Source: Octopus vulgaris
Taxonomy: Eukaryota
Length of the DNA stretch: 64,000 bases
Assembly: GCA_951406725.2 (NCBI GenBank)
Contig: OX597836.1
Span: 36,890,001 to 36,954,000, forward strand
Direction of reading: 5' to 3'
Shown here: positions 40,011-53,581 of the stretch, in pieces
Layout: every line of letters begins with the position of its first letter
Position numbering within the stretch: the first letter of the stretch is position 1
Notes under the pieces: model-generated
Databases searched by the model: none
Told to the model about the DNA's origin: nothing
The model's input: the letters and a program-made list of their open reading frames with translations, nothing else
Translations under genes and position numbers: made by a program

Positions 40011-40489
40011 TTAAGTAATTCATTATTAATTATTAAACATAACTAATACCAGAACTACTTGATATTACCTCGTAATTCTCCCATTCTACAACCCCCAAAG
40101 ATTTATCCTTCTTTACTGTCCCTATCAGTGTACCCCTCCCTCATTTTACTTTGCCTTTCACAACTATATATGGCTCCCATATTCTTTACCCATGCTCCGT
40201 TCAGTCTTTCTTTCCCTCATTCCGAGTTCTAAATATATATATATGTATATATGTATATATAAATACATACTTGCACACATAGACACGCTCATATATAGAT
40301 ACATACAAGTTCACATAGTGTGCACTTGTATGTATGTGGTAGTGTGTTTGCGGGAAGCAGAGGAAAGTGGAGAGGGAAAGTGACTAATTTCACTTTGCCT
40401 TTCCATACTCCATTAGTCCTTCTAAAAGCATGTGCTTACTTCTTATCAATCATCACTTAATCTATTATGTTTCTCTTTACATTCTTCTC

Positions 40490-41200
40490 ACTCGGTAAGC
40501 GAGTCGGAGACCTTCTGCGATACGGTCTGGATCTCGACAACGGTGTTTAAAACAGCGTCATTTGACTGGATTCACATCTTGGGAAAGAGATAGAAATTCG
40601 CAGGTACTATATCTGGTGAATAGAGCGGGTAGGCAAGTAAGACCATGTTGCTTTTGGCGAGAAACTCACGAGTCAGGGCGCATGGCGGTCGTGAAAAATC
40701 TAATTATTCGCGTACCAAAAATATGTTTGCTCTCGCCGAATGCACAAACCGACGAATTTTGTCCACATTTCCGGGGGCGACACTCACCGCAGCTCTTGCA
40801 AATCGCTCATATTCTTCCAGGGACGTACATTCTTCTGCTTTTGAAGCGCCCATGCCACCCGAAACATTGCGTTCGATCCATTGCTTCGTCGCCATAAACT
40901 TCCAAAAACATACTTAATGTCTCTGTAACATACTTTCCACACGTTTAATGCAAAATTCACGTTGGCTCTTTTCTGGTTCCAACTTCCTCTCCATGACAAA
41001 AGTCGCAGAGTACAGCATACACGTGATCACAATAATACAAATTTAACAACTTGTGATGTAAACACAGCGATGTCACTCGGCACATTGCTTCATGCAGGTC
41101 ACTGTTAGGTCTCAATGCGTACGCACCCGTGTGCTGACATCTGTTGGCGCGGTAACTCGTATATTTGAAATAGAGAGAGGCAGAAGATTATGGATTCATA
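40490..41200 (-). pseudogene. Decayed, internally deleted mariner transposase
   Basis: Frameshifted HTH (RANV.F....GKS.TETL.M..EVYGDEAMDRTQCF.WHGRFK..R.SLEE.ER) and PLYSPDIVPANFYLFPKM (YSPDL motif) near 40575-40630. Confidence 0.78.
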
Positions 41201-41275
41201 GTATTCGTTTTAATGTCGCTTCTGCTAAATTTTTTCTCAAATTCTCTCCATATCTCTCAGTCTATATATTTATGT

Positions 41276-41313
<38 letters not shown>

Positions 41314-41371
41314 TTTCCCAACTATTGATCTATCTACCTATCTATCAATCCATCTAATTATCTATCGATAC

Positions 41372-41545
41372 ACGATCCCTATCGATTGTTTTTGTTTTGT
41401 TTTTTTCTTTCCCTTTTTTCTTTTCCTTTTACGATCCCTTTTGATCGAAAACCTACCCCACTTTTTTTTTTCTCCCCAAAAACAAAAGCTCTACTTTGTA
41501 ATCTGTCCCGTCTATGTGCCGCCCTGTGAGGCTAATAAAGAAACA
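41372..41545 (+). mobile_element. 3' UTR-only copy of the Tx1-like LINE, in (TCTA)n
   Basis: CGATCCCTTTTGATCGAAA...GCTCTAC.TTGTAAT.TGT.C..TCT.TGTGC.GCCCTGTG.GGCTAATAAAGAAACATA matches reverse complement of 62025-62245. Confidence 0.85.
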
Positions 41546-41879
41546 TATCTATCCATCGATCTATCTATTCATTTATCTATGTTTGTCTGTCTATCTTTCT
41601 ATCTACCCATCCATCCGACCATCTATCTATTTATCTATCTTTGAGCTATTATCGAGTTTTGTTTGTAGATAATTTTTCTATGAATCGAAACTTTCTCTAT
41701 ATTGTCGTAACGTTGGGCATCACTTCACTTCTTTTTCATCCAACCATTTTACTACAGCTCTGTGTATTGATAATTTTAATTACGCGTGAGCATGCATCCA
41801 TGTGCGTATGTATGTATGTACGTATGTATATATATATATAAATTTATTTATATATCTATGTGCATATGTATATATTTAT

Positions 41880-42190
41880 GTATATATGTATGAACGTATA
41901 TATTTCTGTATGTATGTATTTGTATATGTATACATGTACGTACGTATGTATTTATTTATGTATTTACGTGTGTATGTATATATTAATATATATATATATG
42001 TATGAACGTATATATTTCTGTATGTATGTATTTGTATATGTATGCATGTACGTACATATGTATTTATTTATGTATTTACGTGTGTATGTATATATTAATA
42101 TATATATATATATATATGTATGAACGTATATATTTCTGTATGTATGTATTTGTATATGTATGCATGTACGTACGTATGTATTTATGTATG
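41880..42190. repeat. About 110-120-bp tandem unit x3 built on TA/TATG microsatellite
   Basis: GTATGAACGTATATATTTCTGTATG at about 41888, 42000 and 42118. Confidence 0.85.
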
Positions 42191-42554
42191 TATGCATGCA
42201 TAGTTGCATGTATACACAAATGTAAGAATGTATGTATGTATTTTATATGCGTATATACAATTATGTTTGGCTAAAGGCTAAGAGAGAGTCGGTGGAAAAC
42301 TATTGACGTATTGACGTCATGGTTACTATTCCCTATACGAACGAATTCATTTTCGTGAACAGCATGGGACTTAAGAAGGAAAGTATTTTTACTTTTATGC
42401 CTAGAAATAAAATAAAATATAGACGTCAATAATTCAATGTGTAACGAGTATACGTGTTTGAAATATGAGCGTATGATGCAATTTCAGAATTAAAAATGAA
42501 TTGCAGGCTTATCAGTCTTGTTTGAAGAGACCCTCGAGGCTTGTCTGATAAAAA

Positions 42555-42555
<1 letters not shown>

Positions 42556-42623
<68 letters not shown>

Positions 42624-42651
42624 CAGATAGATAATTAGATAGGTAGATAAT

Positions 42652-42686
<35 letters not shown>

Positions 42687-42750
42687 ATAGATACATAGAC
42701 AGATAGATAATTAGATAGGTAGCTAATTAGATAGATAGATAGATAGATAT

Positions 42751-42799
<49 letters not shown>

Positions 42800-42859
42800 T
42801 AAATAGGTAGACAATTAGATAGATAGATAGACAGATAGATAATTAGATAGGTAGACAAT

Positions 42860-42930
<71 letters not shown>

Positions 42931-42945
42931 GTAAATAGATAGATC
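42556..42945. repeat. (GATA)n microsatellite with higher-order interruptions
   Basis: Direct inspection. Confidence 0.95.
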
Positions 42946-43299
42946 GAAAGATATACAGAAAGGGTAAAGAGAGAAGATCGGAGACAGTTGTTAATGAAGG
43001 AGAGAGTCCAAGTGCACATGCAATACACAATGCGATTACTAGAATGCAAAATGAAATTGAAGATCAAAGAGAGAGAAAAGAAATGAGGCCAGAAAGTGAG
43101 AATAAAAGTTGCTTATAGCAGAGCGAAGTGCGAAGAAACAAATGCTCTGAGAATCAAAGACAATTGCGAATATAATAGGAAAATGAAAGCGAAGTAGAAG
43201 AAAAGCGAGAATAAATAACTTAAGACGAAGAGATGTAGAAAATAGTTAGAGCTGCTATGGAAATGCAAAATGTAAGGCACGTTGATAGAAATACCAGGA

Positions 43300-44200
43300 G
43301 GTATCACAATAATCATACCTACTCTAGGCCAAAGACAGAAATATAAGGGAGGAGCTAATTGATTTCATTAACCCCAATGCGTAGCTGGTAATTATTTCAT
43401 CGACCCAGAGAGGTTACATGGCAAAGTCGACCGCAGCAGAATTTGAACTCAAAATGTAAATTGGGATGAAATGTCGCTAAGCATTTTTCCCGACATGGTA
43501 ACGATTTTGCCAATTTAACCCCTTGGTATCATAACACTTTCAAGTTTTGGTACAAGGCCATCAATTTAAGGGGACAGGTAAATCGATTACATCGACTTAT
43601 TTTATCGACGCCGAGAGGGTGAAAGACAAAGTCGATCGCAGCAGAATTTGAACTCAGAACGTAAATACATACCAAATGCCGCTAATGAATTCGCCCGGCG
43701 TGCTAACGCTTCTGCCAACTTGTCGTCTTAGTTATCATAATAACAATTGTTTCTACTACAGATACAAAGCCTGAAATTTCGATGGAGAGGGATAGTCGAT
43801 TGCATCGCCCCAGTGTTCTACTGGTAGTTAAATTATTGACCCTGAAAGGTTGAAAGGCAAAGTCGACCGCGGCGAAATTTGAATTTAGAACGTAAAGACG
43901 GACAAAAAACCGCGAAACACTTCGCCCGGCTTGCTAACGATTCTACCAGCACGCCGCCTTAGGTATCATAATAATAACCTTTCTACTAAAGACGCGAGGC
44001 CTGAAAGTTGGTTGGAGGGTATTTATCATTACACCTATGACAGTTTCTCACTGATACTTCATTTATCGACCCGGAAAGGATAAAACGCAAAATCAACCTT
44101 GGTGGAATTTGAACGTAAAGACGGACAGAAAACCGCTAAGCATTTTGCCCAGCGTGCTAACGATTCTGCCAGCTTGCCCCTTCAGGTATCGTAATAGTAA
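43300..44200 (-). mobile_element. Head-to-tail array of four old family-D SINE monomers
   Basis: GCAAAGTCGACC..G..GAATTTGAAC recurs every ~220 bp, separated by GGTATCATAATAA-like spacers. Confidence 0.8.
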
Positions 44201-46503
44201 TATCACAAGGAAAGCATGACACCATAATGTCACTGTCTGAAACAAATAATTTAACTTTGTAGAATTTAACTCAGTATATTGGTTTTGGACATCCAAGTAC
44301 TTTCTTCTTGAGAAATTCAGTGACATCTTATTTAGTAACTACTTGCCATTAAGATAAAGGTCAAAATCCCGCAGCGGTGTCATTCCATGAAATAACTGGA
44401 AGCTAGGTTATCCTTCCTATCCAATTTTAAGAATAGTATTAGATCTTACAGCTCAATGGTTTTGAATGCATCTGTGGAGGCGGAAATAGCTAACACGCTT
44501 GTTGATGCCCCTTTAGTGATAAATGCATAGGCAAATTTATTATTGATTATCACATTTGCCTTATGAGCACGCCAAGCTAGAGATTGAATTTAAGTTACCC
44601 AAAAGCATGATGACAATTCAATGATTGATGATACAGCATATCCAAGGTGAATCGTTATGTGAAAGGTAAATGTTGGTGTTTACAACAGCTCGTAAAATAC
44701 TACAAAGTGTTTATGTTTTTTATCAAAGCCTCTGTTGTATATTATGAATCACAGAATGCTATTGAAAATATACCCCCAACATATTGTATAATGTAAATAA
44801 GCTTGTAAATAAGCATGTAACTTGCGACAAACACAGAATAATATATTATAATATATTAGATTTATTTTTGTAAACTGAAAACTATCACGACATATTAATA
44901 ACAGTGCAACTTGTAGTTTATTCTGGAGTTTTGTTATTACAGTATATCAATAAGGATTAATGGACATCATTACTTTGTAATTTTAGCTATAAAACTTGCA
45001 TGCAAAGAATGAATTTTTTAACTCTAAAATCTAAAATGCAATTTTAATAAAGAAAGTTTTAACATATAATCGGTTCTTGTATAATGAAAATTTGAAACAG
45101 ATTTCGGTTTTCATATAATGAAAATTCTAGGATGGTACCTACCTTTGAACTTCATAATTGCACTGATCCCATGAAACTGGCAACAGAATATCTCAACTCA
45201 CGCAGAACAAGGCGACGAAGAGGCGTCTACGTCGTCAGAAAGCTCACTGGAAATAGCAGTCAAATCTCTTCAAGCCACAACTTACAGTCTTATCAGACGA
45301 GACATGGAACAAGTCGAGGCTGAGGTTCATTTGAACAAAAGTCAGCTGGTTCAAGTCTAGCTTGGTGAAAAATGAAGAAAAACATTTTTAAAAAACTTTC
45401 TTACTTCATATTGTCCTCAGAATGATGTACAGTAAACTAGAAACGGTATAAAAATGTCCCTGTGAACCTTTGTCACATTACAGAACGGTATATTGGATGA
45501 CGTGGTTTCTATGTTTGTCATAAACGTCGGAATAGTCAAGTCTTAGAACACCAATCGTTATGGATCTGCGCGATACGGACTGAAATATAGCTTCGCTGCA
45601 TATTTAAAGCAAATCGGGCAGCGAGTCATCTAGTCGATCTCTCAAATAGCTACCAGATGGCATTACTTAAAATCACATTTTACCGAGTTTAATTTTGAAA
45701 AATGACATATAGCACAATGTACTCATGTATTCTTCCATCACCGGAACACTATTGACAATTGCCAATCGACAATTGAACACCAGCTAAACAACAAATCTTA
45801 CAGCTTAAACAAAATGTTATCATGTCTATCACTCTAGCGCTCCAGATTCTTCACAGAACAACTGCTCAACCTCATTCATCATTAAAAATGATAAAACTCT
45901 GCTTCCGATTGAATTTAGAAATGCACTTATTTCTTAATCTCTTACAAATTATGATATGCACACAAGTAACACTTAATTATGATATGCACACACGTAAATG
46001 AAATATGGTAAGGTTGTTATATCATTCTTTATCATAATCACATCAGTCTTAAATATAAGACTATGTTGGGGCAGCCGGCATCATGGGTTTCTTATTTCCC
46101 GCATATGTGCTCTCAAAAAATTGGTACTCCATATGGTGAGAGATAAATATTTATTTAGAGGACAAAATTCACGTCTTTAAGTGCTTCAAATGGTATCAGG
46201 CGTTGAGAAATATCACAAACATATTGTGTCTGATGATTATGCCTGTAATATTTCTCAACATATGAAACTATTAATAGCACAAAAAGACATTTATAATGTC
46301 CTTTACATAATATATATATATATAAATATATATAAAACATAAGACAATGTATCAATAATATACATACATACACACACATGTATATATATATATACATACA
46401 TGTGTGTGTGTGTTTGATATGTGTGTGTTTATGTATGTATATTATTAAGTTTTATATGTATATATATTATTTAAAGGACACTATATATGCTTTTAAGTTA
46501 TAC

Positions 46504-46590
<87 letters not shown>

Positions 46591-46625
46591 CATACATACA
46601 TACATAATACATACATACATACATA

Positions 46626-46972
46626 CAGAGAGTCCAGTGAATAAATTGTCTCCTAAATTACGCAAAAATGAAAATAGAACTGACATCTCATTTTAACAGA
46701 TATATAATTACCAAAATTATATGAAAATATCTTGAAATACTAAAAAGTAAATTTATTCAATACAATTGCCATTGGCTTCAACCGAGGCCTACAGACAACT
46801 TTGGAATCTCCTGAACCTCTTCTGGACTGCCTTCTTGTTGTTTAAGTTGGTGAATGTTGCCATAATTCTTTCCTTCAGCTCATCTTTGCTGTTGCAATGG
46901 GTTTTGCTGGTCTCTTGCTCAACTGCGCCCCTTGCAGAGTAATGAAGAGGGTTGCAATCTGGAGAGTTAGGT
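46626..46972 (-). pseudogene. Tc1/mariner (maT-like) transposase C-terminus and TIR
   Basis: PNSPDCNPLHYSARGAVEQETSKTHCNSKDELKERIMATF...VEANGNCIE* (SPDLNP.D motif). Confidence 0.8.
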
Positions 46973-47069
46973 TAACTGATTTATTTGTATTGCAACACAA
47001 TATCTAATTGCATATATCATAGGTGTTTTCGGGCACTGGAAGGCTTGGCTTCATACTCTTGTTTAATAG

Positions 47070-47557
47070 GGCTGATGTCATTCTAAGATAGTGGTCCCAA
47101 AGGCATCCTCGTGGGTCGGGCCGACCAGGTCCACCAGTGACCTCCATTGCTGGTGATCTCGTTCCAGGCCCTCTGTATGCTCCATGGTAACGTCGAGCTT
47201 CTGGAGATCTTCCTTAATCATGTCCAACTATCTGGTGTGGTGCCTGCCACGAGGCCTCCTCCAGTCCGCAAATGCAGCGTGGAATGACAGTAAATCCCTG
47301 GTAGGATGATATTGCGGGAGACTGAGCACATGGCCGTACCAGCGCACGCAACGGATTGCTATGCGGTGGGAGGTGCGGGTTGATACACGCAGTCCTTTAT
47401 TGGAAAGATGAAGGCACCATTTGATATTGTGGATGGTCCATAGGGAGCTGCTATCGAAGCCGTTGGCTCTCTTTGTCAGGGTCTTCAAGAGGGACGACGT
47501 TTCTGCCTCATAGAAGTGAACGGTGAGGACCACTGCATTGTAGATGCAAGTGAGCAA
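47070..47557 (-). pseudogene. RTE-clade LINE 3' end
   Basis: IYNAVVL...YEAET...RWYGHVLSLP...WRRPRGR..TR*LDMIKEDL...WRSLV. Confidence 0.85.
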
Positions 47558-48055
47558 TTGAAAAATATCTCAACATTGACGCAGTGCAAGTTCCAATTAT
47601 GCCTTGTAACTTGGGAAATGTATGCGGAATATTTTCACCTAATGTAATGGGCATTTTGAAGCACAGGGGTATTAAATTAAAAGGTATTACCATATTCTGT
47701 AACGTTTATAAATAAGAACATAAAGAATAAATACAACCGATATAAATGATATATTAAACAGTCATTGATTATTACTACCGCCTCTCTGTTTACTCTCACC
47801 AAGAATATGTTATTATTTTGTCCGTCCTCAAGAGAGTAGACACGTCTTTGACGGGTAATATAACTTCTGTATTATTGATCGAACCATTTACTTAAGTATT
47901 ATTGATGAAACAATTTGTACGATACTAAACTGCATAAAGAAATAAAATGATTTAGTAAACAGTTAGAAACTCAATGACACAGGACGGTCTGTAGAATAAA
48001 TTAATTTTGTCGCCTAACTTTATAACTCAGATACTAACCAATATATATTGACATA

Positions 48056-48106
<51 letters not shown>

Positions 48107-48113
48107 CTGTCTG

Positions 48114-48162
<49 letters not shown>

Positions 48163-48190
48163 ATGTCTATATATATATCCATCTGTCCAT

Positions 48191-48243
<53 letters not shown>

Positions 48244-48362
48244 TGTATGTATGCATATGTGTATGTATTTATGTATGTATGTATGTATAACCTTCACTCT
48301 TTGTCTCTCTTTGTCTCTCTGTTTATCTATATATGTGTATGTGTTTGATTGTGTGTATATGA

Positions 48363-48409
<47 letters not shown>

Positions 48410-49433
48410 TATAAATGCATACATACTTGTATTCAAATTCCCAGACATTTTTTTCGGTGAGCAAAACAGCAAAGACGTGAACAAAATGAAAGAGATTTGC
48501 CATGAAAAGACTACAGCTTCAAATGCTAAGTTTTATGTAACAATTCTTAAAAGCAAACTTTAAAAGCCAAGATTATAAAATATACACCGATTGATATATA
48601 AAACTGTTGCTTTTATTTATGAGCCACAAATTGATGATAAATACGTGTATGTGGGTGTGATGATATACAAGTGTGTGTATATGTATTTGTGTGTATGTGT
48701 GTGTGTGTGTGTGTGTGAGTGTGTGTTTGTGTGTGTACATTCAGGAATTCATCAAATTTTGTTCTTTCTTCGTTTTAGCTTTTTAATGTCGATATTTCGA
48801 GGCCTTTACTTTTATTTAAAGCAATAAGAGAAAACTTCACATTTAAATTGTTTTTCAGTTTGAAACGCTGACTTTAAAATGAAATATATTCAGTTTAAAT
48901 GCAAAGAGACTTCGAAAGAATTGGACACTCATTAACTTTACTGTAATTCTCATTTTTAGAAAAATACTTATATATGACGCCTGTATAATTTTTTTATTAA
49001 AGCGAAATATTCAAACAATCTCCGGTTTTCAGTGAAGTCTTAATAAATATTCTCTTAATATTACTTAACCAAACTCATTAGGTTTCACTATAATAACAGG
49101 TTGTTGTTGTTGTTGAGTATACCAATGTGGTCAGTGGATTAGGCATCTGCTGAAGGATCTATTTCATATTGACTAGTTCACTGCCCGGCAGCATAGCGAC
49201 GGTTAATAATTAGTGTTTTGACATTAGCATCGTGAGTGCGGGAAGCTGGTAAAATTTTTAGCACGCCACACGAAATGCTTGGTATCATAAAGTCCATTTT
49301 TAACTCTGAATTCAAATTACCTGGGTTTATTTTGCCTTTTATCTTTTCGGGATTGTTGAAATATTATGTTGTGAAGAAATTTTTATTTTGGTTTTAAATT
49401 ATGTAGTATCAAATTAGTATTCTTTGTATGTAT

Positions 49434-49605
49434 AGGCGCAGGAGTGGCTGTGTGGTAAGTAGCTTGCTAACCAACCACATGGTTCCGGGTTCAGTCCCAC
49501 TGCGTGGCATCTTGGGCAAGTGTCTTCTGCTATAGCCCCGGGCCGACCAATGCCTTGTGAGTGGATTTGGTAGACGGAAATTGAAAGAAGCCTGTCGTAT
49601 ATATG

Positions 49606-49642
<37 letters not shown>

Positions 49643-49867
49643 ATGTGTTTGCGTGTCTGTGTTTGTCCTCCTAGCATTGCTTGACAACCGATGCTGGTGT
49701 GTTTACGTCCCCGTCACTTAGCGGTTCGGCAAAAGAGACCGATAGAATAAGTACTGGGCTTACAAAGAATAAGTCCCGGGGTCGTATTTGCTCGACTAAA
49801 GGCGTTGCTCCAGCATGGCCGCAGTCAAACGACTGAAACAAGTAAAAGAGTAAAGAGTAAAAGAGTA
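49434..49867 (+). mobile_element. SINE family A, full length
   Basis: Complete head, body and GTAAAAGA tail repeats. Confidence 0.92.
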
Positions 49868-50753
49868 TACTAGTTATAGCTTCTAGAGGGTGTCATTTTG
49901 GTAGCGTATAAATTCAAGAGAAAAGAATTTTCTTCTTCTGTTATTGTGGTAGCATGAATTTCCTTTCGAACACACTGGAAAATTGCAAATAAAATGTTGG
50001 ATGAGACTCTAGTGTAATGATGATTGTGAAGTATGACTGTATCAGGCTTTTTGCCTGCATTGTCTGCAGCATTTCCGCATACGTTATTTAATGTGTTCTT
50101 TAGATTCATAAAATCAGTTTTGAATGCAGATTGTGAATCCTTAACATCATTTATTGCTGCTTCAAGAGAATTTATAGACAGCTCTTCAACTTCTTTAAGT
50201 AGAAAGGCCTCGAGCAATCCTATCATCGTTTGCTTTCATGCCATACATGGCCATAATTCTGTTGAGGCTTGGAATATTTCTTCTGAGACATCGTGCTGTC
50301 GTTCAATCAAGAATGGACAATTTATGTAAGTGAATGAAATAAATATGATATTTCTTAAATACGGATCAAACCACATTACCTAAATCAGGATCCATCCATT
50401 TGTTCCAGTGGACTCAAACGGGACTATCAGTGATTTATACGGACGGAATTTCACGTCCATTTAACCACAAGTAGGAAAAGTAACGTAGACATCTACTTTT
50501 TGCACACAGTTTATGCTGTCCAGTCTTCTAGTATTCAACAGCTTTGTTTCATAATTAGTAGCTATTATTTACTATATTTGTTCCTCAAAAACCTGCTGTC
50601 AGTATGTTGTTCTAATAACTGTTTACGTTGTTACTGAGAAATTTATATTGAGCCAAAATTCATTCTCACTGCCGGTGATCAAGGCGTTATTGTTCTCGTT
50701 TGTATTGCCTAATAACTTCGTTTAAAATACACTCATGTTTTTCTATATTACAC

Positions 50754-50800
<47 letters not shown>

Positions 50801-50815
50801 TGTGTGTGTGTGTAT

Positions 50816-50975
50816 AGGCCCAGACGTGGCTGTGTAATAAGAAGTTTTCTTTCCAACCACATAGTACCGGATTCAGGACCAGATTGGTCGAGTGTCCTGT
50901 ACTATAGCCGCAGGTCAAGAAAAATCTTGTGAGTGGATTTGGTAGATGGAAACTGAAAGAAGCCTGTCGTATATA
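50816..50975 (+). mobile_element. SINE family A, diverged 5' half
   Basis: GTGAGTGGATTTGGTAGATGGAAACTGAAAGAAGCC. Confidence 0.7.
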
Positions 50976-51358
50976 TATATATATAGGTTCTATTGTTCCA
51001 CAATATAGGGGAATTATAATTGTCAAAAATGCGACTAGAGTGTCAAAAAGACACCTACATACCTAGAAATAAAATCTAAAATGCTTTAATGCAGTGGTTA
51101 ACTCACACAAACGAAAACATATACACTAACACCGATTATAATAATCCGTAAATCATTTTAGCTCTTATTTCGAGCAATGTCGACGTATTCATATTTAGTG
51201 ACAGTTATAATTTCTCTTTTAAGGGAAATATTGCGACCTACTCTTAACATTAATTTTGTGTATACACACTAGCGAATCGCTAAATCATTCATTTACTTGG
51301 ATGTCGAAAACATATCCTAATAGAGAAACGCGTCCAGAATAACCCTAACACCGATTTG

Positions 51359-51409
51359 GCTTAACTGATGAGGCAACGGAAACTGCAGAAACTGATATCA
51401 ATCTTAAGT
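51359..51409 (+). ncRNA. Type I hammerhead motif (slightly decayed)
   Basis: GCTTAA-CTGATGA-gGCA..TGCa-GAAA-CTGATATCA-ATC^TTAAGT; 6-bp stem I, near-palindromic stem III. Confidence 0.65.
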
Positions 51410-51570
51410 ATTCTTGGTCGGCATTTTTCAGTCAATTATGCCCCTCGCCTTAGTGTATATATTTTCAATTATGTGCGTTAACTACAGCATTAGAGCATTG
51501 TAACTCTTATTGCTAGCAATGTAGGTGGTTTTTAACACCCTAGTTCCCTTTAGTGACAATTAAATATATC

Positions 51571-51941
51571 GTGGCACTCCGTCGGTTATGACAACGAGGT
51601 TTCCAGTTGATCCGATCAACGGAACAGCCGTCTCGTGAAATTAATGTGCGATTAAGTGGCTGAGCACTCCACAGACACGTGTACACTTAATGCAGTCCTC
51701 GGGGAAATTCGGCTTGACACAGAGTGTGTCAAGTTTGGCCCTTTGAAATACAGGTGCAACAGAAACAGGGAGAAAGAGTGAGAGGAGGTTGTGGTGAAAG
51801 TACAGCAAGGTTCGTCCCCTCACCCTACCGGAGTCTCACGGAGCTTTAGGCGTTTTCATTCACAACGCCCGGTCAGAGAATCAAAACCGCGGTCCTACAA
51901 CCACGAGTCCGCTGACCTAACCAATGGGCCATTGCGCTTCC
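51571..51941 (-). mobile_element. SINE family B, diverged
   Basis: Full-length homology to 8239-8625. Confidence 0.85.
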
Positions 51942-51943
51942 AG

Positions 51944-51987
<44 letters not shown>

Positions 51988-52217
51988 GTATCTATACATA
52001 TATACGTGTATGTGTATGTGCGTGTGTTATTGCCTGTGTGTTTCCCCCACCACTGCCTGACAACCGCTGATGATGTGTTTACGTCCCCGTAAGAAAAGAG
52101 ACCCATGGCTAAAAGACTTTGAAGTACTCAGAGCATTTCGTTCGAGTAAAATTCATCAAGTTGGTGCTCCAGCGGGTCGGAGTCTAAATATTGAAACAAG
52201 TTACAAAATAGAATAAT

Positions 52218-52267
<50 letters not shown>

Positions 52268-52277
52268 AACACACACA

Positions 52278-52323
<46 letters not shown>

Positions 52324-53193
52324 TATATATACACATACATATTATAGAAAAACGGCTGAAACGCTGGAACTAAGCCCATCTGTATACTCTCTTTCTTTCT
52401 CTGTACATATATATATATATAGAATATATACATACAGTTGGAATATATACATTCAGTTGTACTTAATGTATTGAAAGGTACGTTTTTATCATTATGAGGC
52501 TTCTTTGTTGGTGATTTGAGAGTTATTCCTTGTAGACAGTGCAACTATATAAATGGTCTCACTTTTCTACACATGTCTAAATGTTAGTAATGTTTGTAGC
52601 AGACGATAAGTGCTAACTGGAACTCTTTATTCTTATATAATAATTTTACGCATACCATTAATGTAACGTTTTAGTGAAATAACTTACTCATAAACGAAAT
52701 TACAGTGATAAGATTCAGTGAATTATTTTCATACAAGATGAAGAATGTTTTTATCACAATTGTTGTATATCAATAAATATTTACAGGGAAACTAATACGT
52801 ATAATTTACAAACACCTTCAGTCTGCAAAACAGACATTTATTAGAATCGACTGTTTTACTGACTGACAAATTTTGTTTCTGCTTTTTTTTGTAAAAGTTT
52901 ACCTAGCACAAAAATAAATATTTTCTACGGATGGAAGGACCTGTTTTCAATAAATCGAAATACATTTAGAGTAGGAGTAATTCTTCTACTGATTGAATCT
53001 TTTAGGTAATATTTCACCATTTTTATCACCTTTCTCTTTCTTCTTCCTGTCTCCATCGACGTGTTTTCTTTTTACTTTAATTAGAGACTGCATTGCTGAA
53101 ATATTCATCGCCATATTTCATTTTTTGGTAGAGTAATAAGAAAAACATACACTTGACGAAAAATAAATTACAAAACTACATTATCGTTATGTT

Positions 53194-53581
53194 GTGGAAG
53201 CACTCCGTCGGTTACGACGATGAGTGTTCCGGTTGATCCGAATCAACGGAACAGCCTGCTCGTGAAATTAACGTGTAAGTGGCTGAGTGCTCCACAGACA
53301 CGTGCACCCTTAACGTAGTTCTCGGGGATATTCAGCGTGACACAGAGAGTGACAAGGCCGGCTCCTTGAAATACAGGTACAACAGAAACAGGAAGTAATA
53401 GTGAGAGAAAGTTGTGGTGAAAGAGTACAGCAGGGATCACCACCATCCCCTGTCGGAGCCTCGTGGAGCTCTTTAGGTGTTTTCGCTCAATAAACACTCA
53501 CAACGCCCGGTCTGGGAATCGAAACCGCGATCGTATGACCGCGAGTCCGCTGCCCTAACCACTGGGCCATTGCGCCTCCAC
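53194..53581 (-). mobile_element. SINE family B, full length, 11-bp TSD
   Basis: TSD ATCGTTATGTT at 53183-53193 and 53582-53592. Confidence 0.92.

Noticed and set aside
43300-44200. CRISPR-like periodicity
   Set aside because: Eukaryotic SINE monomers; the units are homologous to each other, not unique spacers; no cas genes.
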